NCBI RefSeq assembly: GCF_006345805.1
Contig: NC_043005.1
Span: forward strand, 15,314,001 to 15,378,000
Length of the DNA stretch: 64,000 nt
Direction of reading: 5' to 3'
DNA from: Octopus sinensis
Lineage: Eukaryota
A model generated the notes under the pieces. The model ran no database searches. It had not been told where the DNA came from and worked only from the letters and a program-made list of their open reading frames with translations. Within the stretch, counting starts at the first letter, position 1. Each line of letters opens with the position of its first letter. The position numbers and the translations under genes are program-made. This document shows, piece after piece, positions 1 through 11,500 of this stretch.

Positions 1-200
1 TATTGTTGCAGACCTATTGGACAAAATGCTTAGTAGCATTTCTTCTGGTTCTTTATATTCTGGGTTCAAATTCCACCAATGCCAACTTCGCCTTCCATCC
101 TTTCAGGGTTGATAAAATAAGTATCAGTCAAGTACAGGGGTTGATGTAACCAACTTGTCCCCTTCCCACAAAATTGCTGGCCTTATATCAGAAATAAGTG
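1..200 (+). mobile_element. Old Nin/Deu-domain-type SINE (family B), partial
   Basis: gggttcaaattcc B-box and the ttcgccttccatcctttcagggttgataaaataagta core shared with family B copies. Confidence 0.7.
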
Positions 201-311
201 TCAAGAACTTGATGGGTGTTTCTGGGTTGATATTTCCAAAACCAGAGAATAGAGAAGGTGATATTTCTTAAATTAAAGAATAAAAGTTTATATTCACATA
301 AATTCACTTAC

Positions 312-395
312 CTTGTGTTCAAACTTTAAACTCTGCATATGATTCATATATCGATTGCAATAAAATAGATAACGCTGTAACGCCGCCCGGGACTT
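312..395 (-). CDS. ARIH1: ARIH1 exon 11, start of Ariadne domain ([28 protein letters not shown]), 84 nt
   Basis: Acceptor ctttcttttag, donor AAG|GTAAGT, phase 0 to 0. Not in the ORF track. Confidence 0.95.
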
Positions 396-933
396 CTAAA
401 AGAAAGCAAAAGGAAGGGGGAAAGAAAAAGAAAGACGTTCCTAAAATTTTGTTGTTTATACAAGGTTGTAAAAGAAAATTTATAACAATACCCACAAACA
501 TAAGGAAAACAAAAATGTACAGTTGGGGGCAAAGAGAGAGAGACACAGTCAAGTGTCCATAAACATATACTGTCAAGGGCACCAGACATTCACAAGTACA
601 CACATTCCAACCAAAGTATGCAAAGTCACACACAGTTAACCCTTTTCAAATGCCATATTAGATAATAGCATATGAAGCAGTATATTCCTTTAAAAAGGGA
701 AAAGTGACAGTTGTTTGTCAACAATCAAAGATATAAAATTTCAAGGGAAAGCAGACTCAATAAAAGCACATTGATAAATATAAGTTATTATATTTATTAA
801 TGAATTATCTAAGACTTCTACATATTCTCTCATAATGGCCTAATATCCCACTTGTTTAAATCTTTTAACTTAAACTAAATGAATTAGGGGTAAGTATGGA
901 AGTGGGGGGGCAAAATAAATGTAGTTTTTTCAC

Positions 934-991
934 CTCCTGAGCATCTCTTGCTTTTTTTGCTTCTTCTTCATCAAATCGGTTGCAGTTGTAC
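934..991 (-). CDS. ARIH1: ARIH1 exon 10 (YNCNRFDEEEAKKARDAQE), 58 nt
   Basis: Acceptor gtttctag, donor GAG|GTGAAA, phase 2 to 0. Confidence 0.95.
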
Positions 992-1162
992 CTAGAAACA
1001 AACAATATGGAAGTATTCTTTAAATAATGCACAACAGGAAATAAGTGTGTAAGTGTGATAACAGCTCTTAAACAGAGGACATAAAATTTCAATAGAGAGT
1101 CGGAATTACAGAGGTTTGATTCTAGATTTCTAGTAGAGAAAGATTTTGTACATAGTCATTTC

Positions 1163-2378
1163 TTGGATTGACAAGAAAGTAATTTCAGTTTTTTAGTGTG
1201 AAATAAAAGTAATTTTATGTCATACAAAGAATGAACTTTAACCAATTATATATTTTCCATTTTATTTGATGACCTTTTGCCATCTTTCAAGCAACTTTAT
1301 GATTCTGTACTCATGGAACTTCTGATCCTTAACCAAAAACTGAAGCAAGTGCAATTTCAGGTCATCATCATTATTGAAAGTTTTACCATTCAAAGACTTT
1401 TGCAAACTTTGAAATAAATGGTAAACTGATGGTGCAAGGTCAGGGATATATGGTGGATGTGACATCACTTCCCAACCAAGCTCTAATAATTTGTAATGAG
1501 TTAGCAAAGATCTGTGTGGTCTTGTGTCATCGTGGTGGAAGGATTCCTTTACGATTTGCCAATTCTGGTCGTTTTTCTTTGATTGCTTCCTCCAGTTTGA
1601 TTAGTTGTTGGCAGTAAACATCTGAAGTGCTCGTTTGGTTCCTTGGAAGCAGCAGCTCAAAATACACAATACCCTTGTAATCCCACTAAACTGACAGCAT
1701 GACTTCTTTTTGACATGGTTTGTGCTGGTTCATTATTCTTGGACCATGATCGTTTTTGATTAATGTTATTGTAAATAACTCATTTTCCATCACCAGTGAG
1801 GATTCATTTAAAAAAAAGGCCGATTTCATTGCGTTTGAGATGCATATTATAAAAATATTAATTCATTGTATTAAGTGAATCTCTTTCAATTTATGTGGAA
1901 CCCAAATATCGAGCTTCTTAACAAGTCCAAGACATTTGATTTTCAATTGTTGTGAGTGATACATTTAACCTCTCGGCAATCTCTTGCACATTTATATGAC
2001 AACCAGATTCAATTACAGCTTTGATTCGGTCATCATCAACTTCAGTAGGTTGACCAGAGCGTTGGTCATCTTTGAGTGAAAAATCTCCAGAACGGAATTT
2101 TTTAAACCATTTCTGACATGTGCATTCTGTTAAGCAAACAACACCATAAACTTTACATATTTCTTTGTGAGTAGCAGCAGCAGCTTTCTTGCCTTTACAG
2201 AAATACTGACACTGAACTAAATGCTGTAAACAAAATCAAACACAAGTTGCTTCTAAAGTAAGCCAAAAGTAACAGCTATCAAATGTCAAAAGGAAAAAAC
2301 CATAACATTGACTAAAGTCATTCAAAAAATTTTAACTATTTATCTGTGAAAAATGAAATTACTTTCTTGACAATTAAA
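1163..2378 (-). mobile_element. Near full-length decayed mariner (Tc1/mariner) transposon
   Basis: About 28-bp TIRs (ttggattgacaagaaagtaatttcagtt / rc tttaattgtcaagaaagtaatttcattt), TA at 2379-80. Interrupted transposase with WVPHKL and YIPDLAPSVYHLF; the third catalytic Asp is replaced by Val. Confidence 0.9.
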
Positions 2379-2380
2379 TA

Positions 2381-2800
2381 GGCGCAGGAGTGGCTCTGTG
2401 GTAAGTAGCTTGTTTACCAACCACATGGTTCCGGGTTCAGTCCCACTGCGTGGCACCTTGGGCAAGTGTCTTCTACTATAGCCTCGGGCCGACCAAAGCT
2501 TTGTGAGTGGATTTGGTAGACGGAAACTGAAAGAAGCTCATCGTGTATGTATGTATGTATGTATATATATATATATATATATATGCGCGTGTGTGTTTGT
2601 GTGTCTGTATTTGTCCCCCTAGCATTGCTTGACAACCGATGCTGGTGTGTTTATGTCCCCGTTACTTAGCGGTTCAGCAAAAGAGACCGATAGAATAAGT
2701 ACTGGGCTTACAAAAGAATAAGTCCCGGGGTTGAGTTACTCGATTAAAGGTGGTGCTCCAGCATGGCCGCAGTCAAATGACTGAAACAAGTAAAAGAGTA
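2381..2800 (+). mobile_element. tRNA-headed SINE, family A (central microsatellite, TAAAAGAG tail)
   Basis: A box TGGCTCTGTGG, B box GGTTCAGTCCC; near-identical to copies at 3252, 44263, 61231, 62282. Confidence 0.9.
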
Positions 2801-2971
2801 ACCCAATAATATGCCTGGTTTTTAAGACAACAGGGAGAAAAGGCTAAGTAAATTTGGCAAAATTTCAACAATGTAGAAATATAAACCTAAATAGGGTGCT
2901 CTTTGACACCCTATTTATGAAACTTTCCACTTATTTTTTTTATAATCAAAAGATAAATATTTCTTAATTAC

Positions 2972-3102
2972 CAGGAAGAGCCATGAGGTTCCCAGGGCCC
3001 TAAACAGACCCAGCAAAAATCTGCTTTACAATTCTGGTTTTTGCATACCATGTGATTACAGCCTCCATCCTTCTCTATAGTGACATGGCACTTGGGACAT
3101 TC
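2972..3102 (-). CDS. ARIH1: ARIH1 exon 9, RING2 with catalytic Cys ([44 protein letters not shown]), 131 nt
   Basis: Acceptor attttcag, donor TG|GTAATT, phase 0 to 2. Confidence 0.97.
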
Positions 3103-3251
3103 CTGAAAATAAAGCAAATGGCATAAGAATTTTAAGAATTTATTACAAGGGGTGACCAATCAAAATTGATAGCAACCTAGTTGGTAACAATGGAAAATTT
3201 GATTATTTAAAAAAATAACATGGAAGATAAAAAAAAGGTGATAATGTTGTA

Positions 3252-3678
3252 GGTGTAGGAGTGGCTGTGTGGTAAGTTGCTTGCTTACCAGCCACATGGT
3301 TCCGGGTTCAGTCCCACTGCATGGCACCTCGGGCAAGTGTCTTCTACTATAGCCTCAGTCCGACTAAAGCCTTGTGAGTGGATTTGGTAGACGGAAACTG
3401 AAAGAAGCCCGTCGTATATATGTATATACATATATGTACGAGTGTATATGTTTGTGGGACTGTGTTTGTCCCCCCCAACATCATTTGACAACCGATGTTG
3501 GTGTGCTTATGTCCCCATAACTTAGTGGTTCGGCAAAAGAGGCCAATAGAATAAGTACTAGGCTTACAAAGAATAAGTCCTGGGGTCGATTTGCTCGACT
3601 AAAGGCGGTACTCCAGCATGGCCACAGTCACATGACTGAAACAAGTAAAAGAGTAAAAAGAGTAAAAAGAGTAAAGAG
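3252..3678 (+). mobile_element. SINE family A
   Basis: Same head, body and tail as 2381-2800; tail repeated three times. Confidence 0.9.
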
Positions 3679-3849
3679 TGATGTTCATTTAGAAATAAGG
3701 TTGATATTATTTGTTACTCCATTAGTTAATTCAGTTGGTCAGTATGAAATATCTGGAATTTTACTCCATTATTTCTGAAATACTTCAAATTTTAATGAAA
3801 CTAGTCTATTTCCACTATTTAGGGGTATTTCACAGTCTCTATACAATTG

Positions 3850-4022
3850 TCTGATATATAATAGCAGCCAAATTTCCTTCATATCACTTTACTGTCTTAA
3901 AAAAAAAAAAACATTAGATAGTGTAGTCTGAAATGTACCCCCCAAAGATGAAATTGGTCAGGTTTAGAATTCCTCTAATCATTCGTTTGTTTGTTCAATC
4001 AAGATGATTTGAAGCTAAATAA
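3850..4022 (+). repeat. Degraded interspersed repeat, also at about 49670-49930
   Basis: Shared atagcagccaaat...gttcaatca...gctaaa pattern between the two loci. Confidence 0.5.
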
Positions 4023-4047
4023 CTTATGTTCTCAAAATTTCTTTGCA

Positions 4048-5339
4048 TCTATATACATAAATGGCAATTCCCATCTGTCTTAGTGCTTATACCAGAGAAC
4101 CAATCTTGAAACTTTGCATACATGTTAAACTAACATCCAGTTGAATTATAGGCGAATTAGATTTCAATAAAAATCTATAATGTGCCCCCACCTCACATAT
4201 ACTGATATGAATTAAGTAAAGCTTCTGTAAGGCTCAACCATGCACTCCTTTATGTAAACAGCGTGACATTTGTAAGAACAACGCGGCTTTCCAAAAGGAA
4301 AACAATTATGTATGCAGCGCCTGTATGTCACACTAAGGTCACATTAAGTACACAGTCAACTGCAGGATTTGTGGACAGGATATGGCACAATGTAATGACC
4401 AAATGACTTGGAAGTTGGTTCGCCATAACATCTTAATCATTTTTATTGCGCAGTGTGAGATACGGCCATGTTACAATAAGCTACAACACTCAACAACACC
4501 AGCTACAATATGCGAATTTTCTTTAAAAGATAAGTAATTTTATTTGTTATCACTTAAACTAAAATATTTAACTTGCAATCTTGAAACTACAAAAAGAAAG
4601 CTACATGTGTGTCTAATGGTGCCTTCACCTCCTACCCTAATAACTTTGAAGTACAAGAATGTGATGCCACCGTGAAAGCAAGAAAAAAGCTTAGCTCTAT
4701 GACTGCACTCAAACAACAAATGCATTCACAGGTATGCCATGTGTTCCATCTTAGCACCAAAGAATGTGGCAGTGGACGATTTGAACATTAAACTCCTGGA
4801 TCAGCTGCCTGGTGAATGTTGCAGCTACAAGTCAAATGACTGTGCTCAACTCTGATGAAGTTGTGCACTATACCAGCGAATTTTTGAATAGCCTGGCACC
4901 AGCAGGCCTCCCACTTCACAACTTGTAACTCAAAGTTGGTGTACTAGAGATGCTTTTAAGAAACTTGGACCCACCCAAGCTTTGCAATGGCACACAACTT
5001 ACAATCAAGACGATGTCAAGAGTCTTAGAGGTGAACATTTTCATTGGCAAAGCAAGAGGTGAGGTCTTCATACCAAGGATACCGCTGATTCCTTCCGACA
5101 TACCCTTTGAGTTCAAGTGACTGTCATTTCCTGTAAAACTGAGTTTTGCAATGAGCATAAACAAGGCCCAGGGACAGTCCTTGGAAGAGGTAGGCCTAAA
5201 CCTTGCAGAACCTGTTTTCTTTCCCATGGCTAACAGTATGAAGCATGCTCAAGAGTTGGCAATCCAAATCATTTGTTTTTTTTATGCTCCAGAGGACAAG
5301 ACCAAAAATGTAGTATATCAAGAGGCTCTGCAAAATTGA
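4048..5339 (+). mobile_element. Internally deleted Helitron relic with PIF1-like helicase C-terminus (4742-5339)
   Basis: Translates across stops and frameshifts as ILAPKN...LPG...YKS, EFLNSL..GLPLHNL, MLLRNLDPPKLCNGT, FPVKLSFAMSINKAQGQSL, TKNVVYQEAL. Putative 5' end A|TC at 4047-49; no clear 3' CTAG found. Confidence 0.85.
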
Positions 5340-5733
5340 TAATCATCAATCGTTTCATAGTCGCACATCGTCAGTCCTCTCATCCGTCTAACTATCCACC
5401 AATTCAACTTTGATATTACCTTACCATTACAATCACTCAGTTTTATGAATCAACTGTATTACTTGCCAGTATTTGCAAAATCTATCCCACGTTACCGTGT
5501 ATTAATGAAGAAGATAGAAAAATCCTCCAAAAGGTGATACAAATATGCAGTCTGGCACACCTGTAGTTTAAAACATGCTCTTTAAGACAGGCATGATTGT
5601 CAACATGAAAATCGAAAATGGTGACCAGAATCTGAGATGGTATCCAACATTAAAAATGAATAATTGCGATGAACAGGAAATAAGTTTTATTATAATAAAC
5701 ATTATTCATTATGCAATATTCTACACAAATAGC

Positions 5734-6476
5734 CTTATATTTACCTTTCGAAGGATTTGTCAACTATCTTCTTCACTAATTCAGGATATACAGGTTTCAT
5801 CATCAATCAAATGCAATGGTAAGTACAAGGAAGGGCTGACATCTTGCATGTGCCACATCCTGCACATTCAGTTTTGCATTGGCACTTTTTAAGTGCTTGG
5901 CATTGTTCTGCTATGGCTCTTAGTTCAGTCCAGTGAATAGTGAATGTGCCATCGTCATTATTTTTCCACCCCCCAGGTGATAGCTGATGACAGTGCTGGC
6001 TTTGTCTGGAGAACCTGGTGCCATATGTGTGTCCTGCTTGATAGGTAGCTCGTTAGATGAGCTGGTGCAGGAGCTCCTTGCATGGGTGGGATTGCATCAT
6101 AGTGTCTGTTCTTTTCTGCAAACATGATTTTCTGGGTTTTATTTACACACAACTCTGAACTGGATTCACCATACAGTATAGGAAATAGTTCTATTACTTG
6201 CATCTGATCTTCTGTAGTGTCTACACAAGGTGCAGACAGCTGGTGAGATGTGTTATTGGCCTGATGAAAAATATGCCCAGTTTGAAAGCAAGATTTTTTG
6301 TCTCTTCCTTAAAAAGTGCCAATGCAAAACTGAGTGTGCAGGACATTACACATGCAAGAAGTCAGCCCTTCCTTGTACTTTCCTTTGTGCTTCTCCATGC
6401 ATTTGATTGGTGGTGAAACCTGTATAACTTGAATTAGTGAAGAAGATAGAAAAATCCTTCAAAAGGTAAATATAAG
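5734..6476 (-). mobile_element. Academ-like DNA transposon relic (IPP..AL..RATYQAG.IW..WGW plus Cys-rich finger) with inverted duplicate of its 3' part
   Basis: Minus strand 6300-5800 reads, across frameshifts, MQVIELF..LYG..VNKTQK.MFAEK..IPP..RATYQAGHIW..WG..CQALKKCQCKTECAGCGTCKMSALPCTYHC. Family assignment is from recalled Academ C-terminal architecture. Confidence 0.6.
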
Positions 6477-7069
6477 CACCATTTCAGATTACTCCATTCT
6501 ACTGAGCTACAATAAGTCTTAGCAACAGCTCCGAAGTTAACTCTGCATTAAACTTGTATCCTGTTCAGAAGAGAATGTTGTAATCTCAGTCACTTATGTG
6601 CCATGGAAGCTGGGTTTAAGGCCTGACCTTTTAAGTCCTAAGGTTCATGACAGACCTAAGTCTAAGTGGAGCGTAAACATTAAAAACTGACTTGAATCCA
6701 TTCCAATACTTTATGTAGTGGTAGTAAATTGGCAAACAAGATATTTTAAAATAAGCAAACAACCCTGCTCTCTCAGACTTACATATGCACACAAAATCTA
6801 GATTATTCAAAAGTTTAAAAATAATTCTTATTTAATTCATAAACATATAATTACATAATACAGAATCATCATCATCATCATCACTGTATCTTTCCATGAT
6901 GAGAGGCTCTACAGTACTGCCACTCATTTTAGTCTTTCATTTTATATTTGACATCCAGCATCCCAAAATCTGACACCAGCATCATTCTTAACTTTCTTTT
7001 TCTATGAATATTCATCAACAGAAAATAAAATTATTTAACATGCAACAATAACTCAGTGAAAATATATAC

Positions 7070-7184
7070 CTTAGTATTAGCAGCAATCCAATTTGAAGTT
7101 TCACTATCATCATCACATTTTTTAATCCATTTCCTTAACCATTTGCACTTGACAGGATCATGCCAATTCTCTCCACAATTAAAG
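7070..7184 (-). CDS. ARIH1: ARIH1 exon 8 ([38 protein letters not shown]), 115 nt
   Basis: Acceptor tttcatag, donor AAG|GTATAT, phase 2 to 0. Confidence 0.96.
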
Positions 7185-7317
7185 CTATGAAAACAAAATA
7201 AAAAAAAAAAATTAATTTCTTTTGAGTGTTAAAAAAACAAAAAAATGTTCTCACAATAGTAAAAATGTTTTTTAAAAAATATTAAGATGTCAGAGTGTCA
7301 GCTAGAATATGTTGCAA

Positions 7318-7626
7318 CAGTGATTCCTAAAGTGGGTGGTATTGCTCCCCTGGGGGCAGTGGAAAGTTCCAAGGAGCATTAAAGAAAAGTGAGGCGATAA
7401 TGGGGTAACAATTTATGTAAAAAGTAGGATGATAATGGGGTAGAAATTCATGGAAAAATAACAAAATAATGGGTTTATTAGGTTAAGTTTTATTTGTTAA
7501 ATACAACTGCTTTGAATTTGCTTCAGAAAGGGGTCTATCGTTGTGATGGTTATTTAGGGTGGGGGCAGTAGGAATGTGGCATGGGTGTCAAGAGGGCAGC
7601 AGTCTGAAAAAGTTTGGGAATCACTG
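7318..7626. mobile_element. hAT-type MITE
   Basis: TIRs cagtgattcctaaagt / agtttgggaatcactg; right flank atctagat fits the hAT target preference; left flank does not match as a TSD. Confidence 0.75.
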
Positions 7627-7860
7627 ATCTAGATCTTTGTGCTCTGAAACCAAATTCCAAGACTGACTTTTCCTTTCAAACTTTCTGCCAAGCACTGGTA
7701 TGATCTTTCCTCCCAGCCATCATATCCTGGATATTTTGGTGCATCAAAAATGAGAGAGTTGAGAAAAGTGAGTATCTGCTTACAACTACATGGTCACCTA
7801 AGGCCATTAGCAAAAGCATGTTAATGTGTATCATGCATAAATATACATACAAATACATAG

Positions 7861-8045
7861 TGAAGGCCTCTGACCTAATGTTCCTAAGTTCATGGGTTTA
7901 ATTTCTAGACTGGGTGACATGTTGTGCCTTTGAATAAGAGATTTCATTTTATGTAGTCCCAGTCAACTCAGCTGAAAATTTGTACCAGTAGTAACTGGAA
8001 TTAATCTTGTAATGGACTAGCATCCAATCAGTGGGGTGGACTATA
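7861..8045 (+). mobile_element. Old tRNA-derived SINE with V/Meta-type core
   Basis: Degenerate head followed by tgtgcctttgaataagagatttc..cagtcaactcagctg..gtaatggactagcatccaatcagtgggg. Confidence 0.55.
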
Positions 8046-8312
8046 ACAGAAAGACACGTAGTGGAATAGAACTGAAAACCATGTGTTTGAGAGGCAAACC
8101 ACATAGGCATGCTGATGCAATCATCCTCAACAAGGATATTTAATAAAATGTCAACAAACCTACAAGTAGGAATTAATGGTGTACAAATGAAACCTTATAA
8201 AAAGTGAAATAACATTTCACAGCCCTGCTTCTTACAATGCAACAATAAAAAAATAAAATAAAAAAACAAAACAAAGTCTAGTGCAATATTACTGAAAATA
8301 TAATGTACTGAC

Positions 8313-8419
8313 CAGAATGTATGTCCACAAAGACACGTCACAGGTTTAGTATCATAATGTGCTACCTTTACTGCATAACCACAATCTGGGGCTGGACACC
8401 ATCGCAATAACCGATTGCA
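8313..8419 (-). CDS. ARIH1: ARIH1 exon 7, IBR ([19 protein letters not shown]...CLCGHTFC), 107 nt
   Basis: Acceptor atttattttag, donor TG|GTCAGT, phase 0 to 2. Confidence 0.96.
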
Positions 8420-9125
8420 CTAAAATAAATACACCATAATACACACATTAGGAATAATATGAACCAAATTGAGCTTTTGAACCCCTTATCATACATTTTA
8501 CTAAGAGGAATTGAGATAACTGACATAAGATAGAGTGGCTATGACATGGTAAGTTCAGACAGATGCCCGTATATATCAATACTACTACTAAGTTGGGCCT
8601 CTAGGCATCAATGGCAAGGAACATAACTCTGATTTACTGTGTAAGGTAGAAAATAACTAACATTCCCACTTAGTGCTTAAATAGAATCCAGTTAATGGAA
8701 AGGGTTAAAAAAAAAACAGAACTTGATCCATTTGCACATGACTAGATTGCAAAAGTAATTCCACTGATAGTAGCATGAAAAGGGTGTAAAAGCCAGTTTT
8801 AGCTTTTAATATGAAGAGATTATTGAAAAACTATATAATTGTTGAAGACAAGTAAAACTGACCAAAAAAAAGGAAACTGGCTTTTACAATATTTTTGGAG
8901 GCTTTTATATTTGCTACTATAAAATACAAAGTATGGCACTATACCAATAAATCAATATTCCTGAAATAAATTACATTAATCTATTAAGCAATCTATCACT
9001 AATCTATAAAAAAAATCTAACACATGTAACAATTTGTTTTTGTTATCAAACAGATTTTAAACAAGTGTTTTAAAAGTTACATGACAAAAGATTGTTGCTA
9101 AGCAAGAAAAGTATATAATACTCAC

Positions 9126-9192
9126 TTCAACGAAGCTATTTGTTATAATTTGTTGATATTTTAATCTCACTTTAGCATCAGTCACAAGTGAC
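9126..9192 (-). CDS. ARIH1: ARIH1 exon 6 (SLVTDAKVRLKYQQIITNSFVE), 67 nt
   Basis: Acceptor ccatttcag, donor GAA|GTGAGT, phase 2 to 0. Confidence 0.95.
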
Positions 9193-9419
9193 CTGAAATG
9201 GCAAAGAGAAAAAAAAGATCAAAATTTGCAGATTTCAATTGATTGTAAATATCTAAATCATTGATTCTTTTGGATTAAGCACTGGAAAACATTTTGTAAG
9301 GGACAGAAATAAGTCCGGTACATTACTAATACCAATTTTATCAATACTAAGGAGTTAAAGGAGAATGTTGCTTCCCAGCAAAGAAAGCTAAAACTAAGTA
9401 TAGCCAAGCATTTAGTTCA

Positions 9420-9760
9420 CTGAGACCTGCGCCACGCTCTTTATCAATGGAGGAACTGAGTGTTCCCCTGTCTAAAGGGGAATGTATAAGAGTAGTTCAT
9501 GAGAAAGACTGAGCATGTGAAATGGCTCATCAATGAGGACAACAACTCATTAATTGAGTAGGGTGATATGGTCATGGAATGCATAGGGATGATACATACT
9601 GGTAGAGGAGACACTAAAAGTTGATGAAAGAGGATACAAACATTATAGATAGCTGAAGAAGGCCTGGAACTGAAATACACTAATTGCCAAAGACAAGATG
9701 ATACAGAATGGAATTCAACAGAGAACTAATGTATTGAAGATCTGTCCTATCCATTCCAGT
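9420..9760 (+). mobile_element. Degraded RTE LINE C-terminal fragment
   Basis: Residual W/YGHV-like and downstream motifs resembling 20815-21427. Confidence 0.45.
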
Positions 9761-9830
9761 GATGTAGAAAAAAAAAGTCAATCTTAAAATAGCCTAATTG
9801 TCGACAAAGAATTCAGAACACAATACTCAC

Positions 9831-9979
9831 ATCACAGTGGCATCGTCCACTAAAATATCACAACCATGAGCCGCACAGGAGATTGTCTGTCCCATACCTT
9901 CATCCATCACTTTCGTTGTTAGATATTCCATCCAACATTGACTACAAAAACGATGACCACACTCAAGACCAGTCATATC
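9831..9979 (-). CDS. ARIH1: ARIH1 exon 5, RING1 ([16 protein letters not shown]...[17 protein letters not shown]), 149 nt
   Basis: Acceptor ttctcttgcag, donor AT|GTGAGT; lies within ORF 9827-10024. Confidence 0.96.
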
Positions 9980-10324
9980 CTGCAAGAGAATTTTTTGAAG
10001 GGTCAAATGGCATTTGGATAACAAGCATCTTTAATGTTTATCCTTTAAAGAGAAAGAAATCATTAACGGGAAAGAAATAAAACATAAAAATTCTGAAATA
10101 TAAAGTATCAGATGTTTATTCACATAATGGTGGTGTGGGATAGTAGCAGAGTAAAATTTTGGATGGGCCTTTTGCTTCAGAGCTATGTTGACACAGACAA
10201 TCAAAACTAGAAATGCTAATGATTGCATATGCATGTGATGAGGACAGACTTAGAAATCTTAATGGAATTTACAATACATGAGATGGATTGAATTCTACAT
10301 TATAGCTTTGTAGTTTATACTGTG

Positions 10325-10328
<4 letters not shown>

Positions 10329-10418
<90 letters not shown>
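10329..10418. repeat. Compound (TG)n(TA)n microsatellite
   Basis: Directly visible; second array at about 10778-10815. Confidence 0.95.
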
Positions 10419-10421
<3 letters not shown>

Positions 10422-10772
10422 TAAGAAGCTTGCTTCCCAACCACATGGTTCCAGGTTCAGTCCCACTGTGTGGCACCTTGGGCAAGTGTCTTCTACTATA
10501 GCCTCAGGCAGACCAAAGTCTTGTGAGTGGATTTGGTAGATGGAAACTAAAAGAAAACCATTGTGTACACCCACACACACATTTGTGTTTGCCCTTGATC
10601 ACTGAACAACCAATGTTCGTGTGTCTATGTCCCTGTAACTTAGCAGTTCACCAAAACAGACCAACAGAATAAGTACTACGCTTACAAAGAGTAAGTCCTG
10701 GGGTCGATTTCTTTGGCTAAAACCCTTTAAGGCAGTGCTCTAGCATGGCCACAATCTAATGACTAAAACAAC
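10419..10772 (+). mobile_element. SINE family A, 5'-clipped by a microsatellite
   Basis: Begins at tggtaagaagcttgcttcccaaccacatgg; body and tail recognisable. Confidence 0.85.
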
Positions 10773-10778
10773 AGAATA

Positions 10779-10815
<37 letters not shown>

Positions 10816-11194
10816 TTCTGGCATTTCTGTGTGTGGTAAAGTTGTAAATGTTAGCAATGTATGTTTACAACTGGATACCTTTTACAAAACCACTCAAGCA
10901 TGAAGCAATAAATAGTTGACTGAAGAAAATAAGACAAGCTAACAAGCTTTGTTATGATACAATGCCAATAACAGGATATTAACATTTTTGTCAGTGTTCT
11001 GTTATAAAGCCCTTGCAGATTGAGCACACTGCCAACCTATGGTCTACTTAAATATCACTTCTAAGACTAACTAGTGAACATTGGTTTGTTTTTGCAAATG
11101 ACAAAGACAGAAATCTATATTAAATATAATTGATAAATGAAGAATCTGTAGCTAAATAAGAACAATTTTAAAATGCTAAAACATGTTAAGTTTT

Positions 11195-11500
11195 AGGTAG
11201 GGGGCTCCGAAAGGGGTCTCAAGGAGTATAGTGTCCATGTCTTCCCGAGTTAGTTTTCCACCACATTTCTTAAAAATCGTAGTAGAGGCCTTGGTTTTGA
11301 GACTACTCATGTCTAGAAACTAAAGCAGGGGGTAAGCAAGGGCATGCTTTCCGTAGAAAATCCAGCTCCAAAAAAGCCTCAGGATAGCAAAAGAGAGTGG
11401 GCACCAACCAGCCCAAAGGTTGGGGTGTGCACTGAGGTAGATCTGGCTACCCCTGTTAACTGGGACAAAACCTGGATTTAAAACACTTGATGATGATGAT
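11195..11500 (+). mobile_element. 3' end of an RTE-type LINE with (GAT)n tail
   Basis: gcaagggcatgctttccgtagaaaatcc parallels the aggaagggcatccagccgtagaaac motif of other RTE tails; ends gatgatgatgat. Confidence 0.6.

Noticed and set aside
2414-2635. Recurring ORFs ending EDTCPRCHAVGLNPEPCGW (also 3285, 10326, 44294, 61410)
   Set aside because: Antisense readings of family A SINE copies, not a CxxC protein family.
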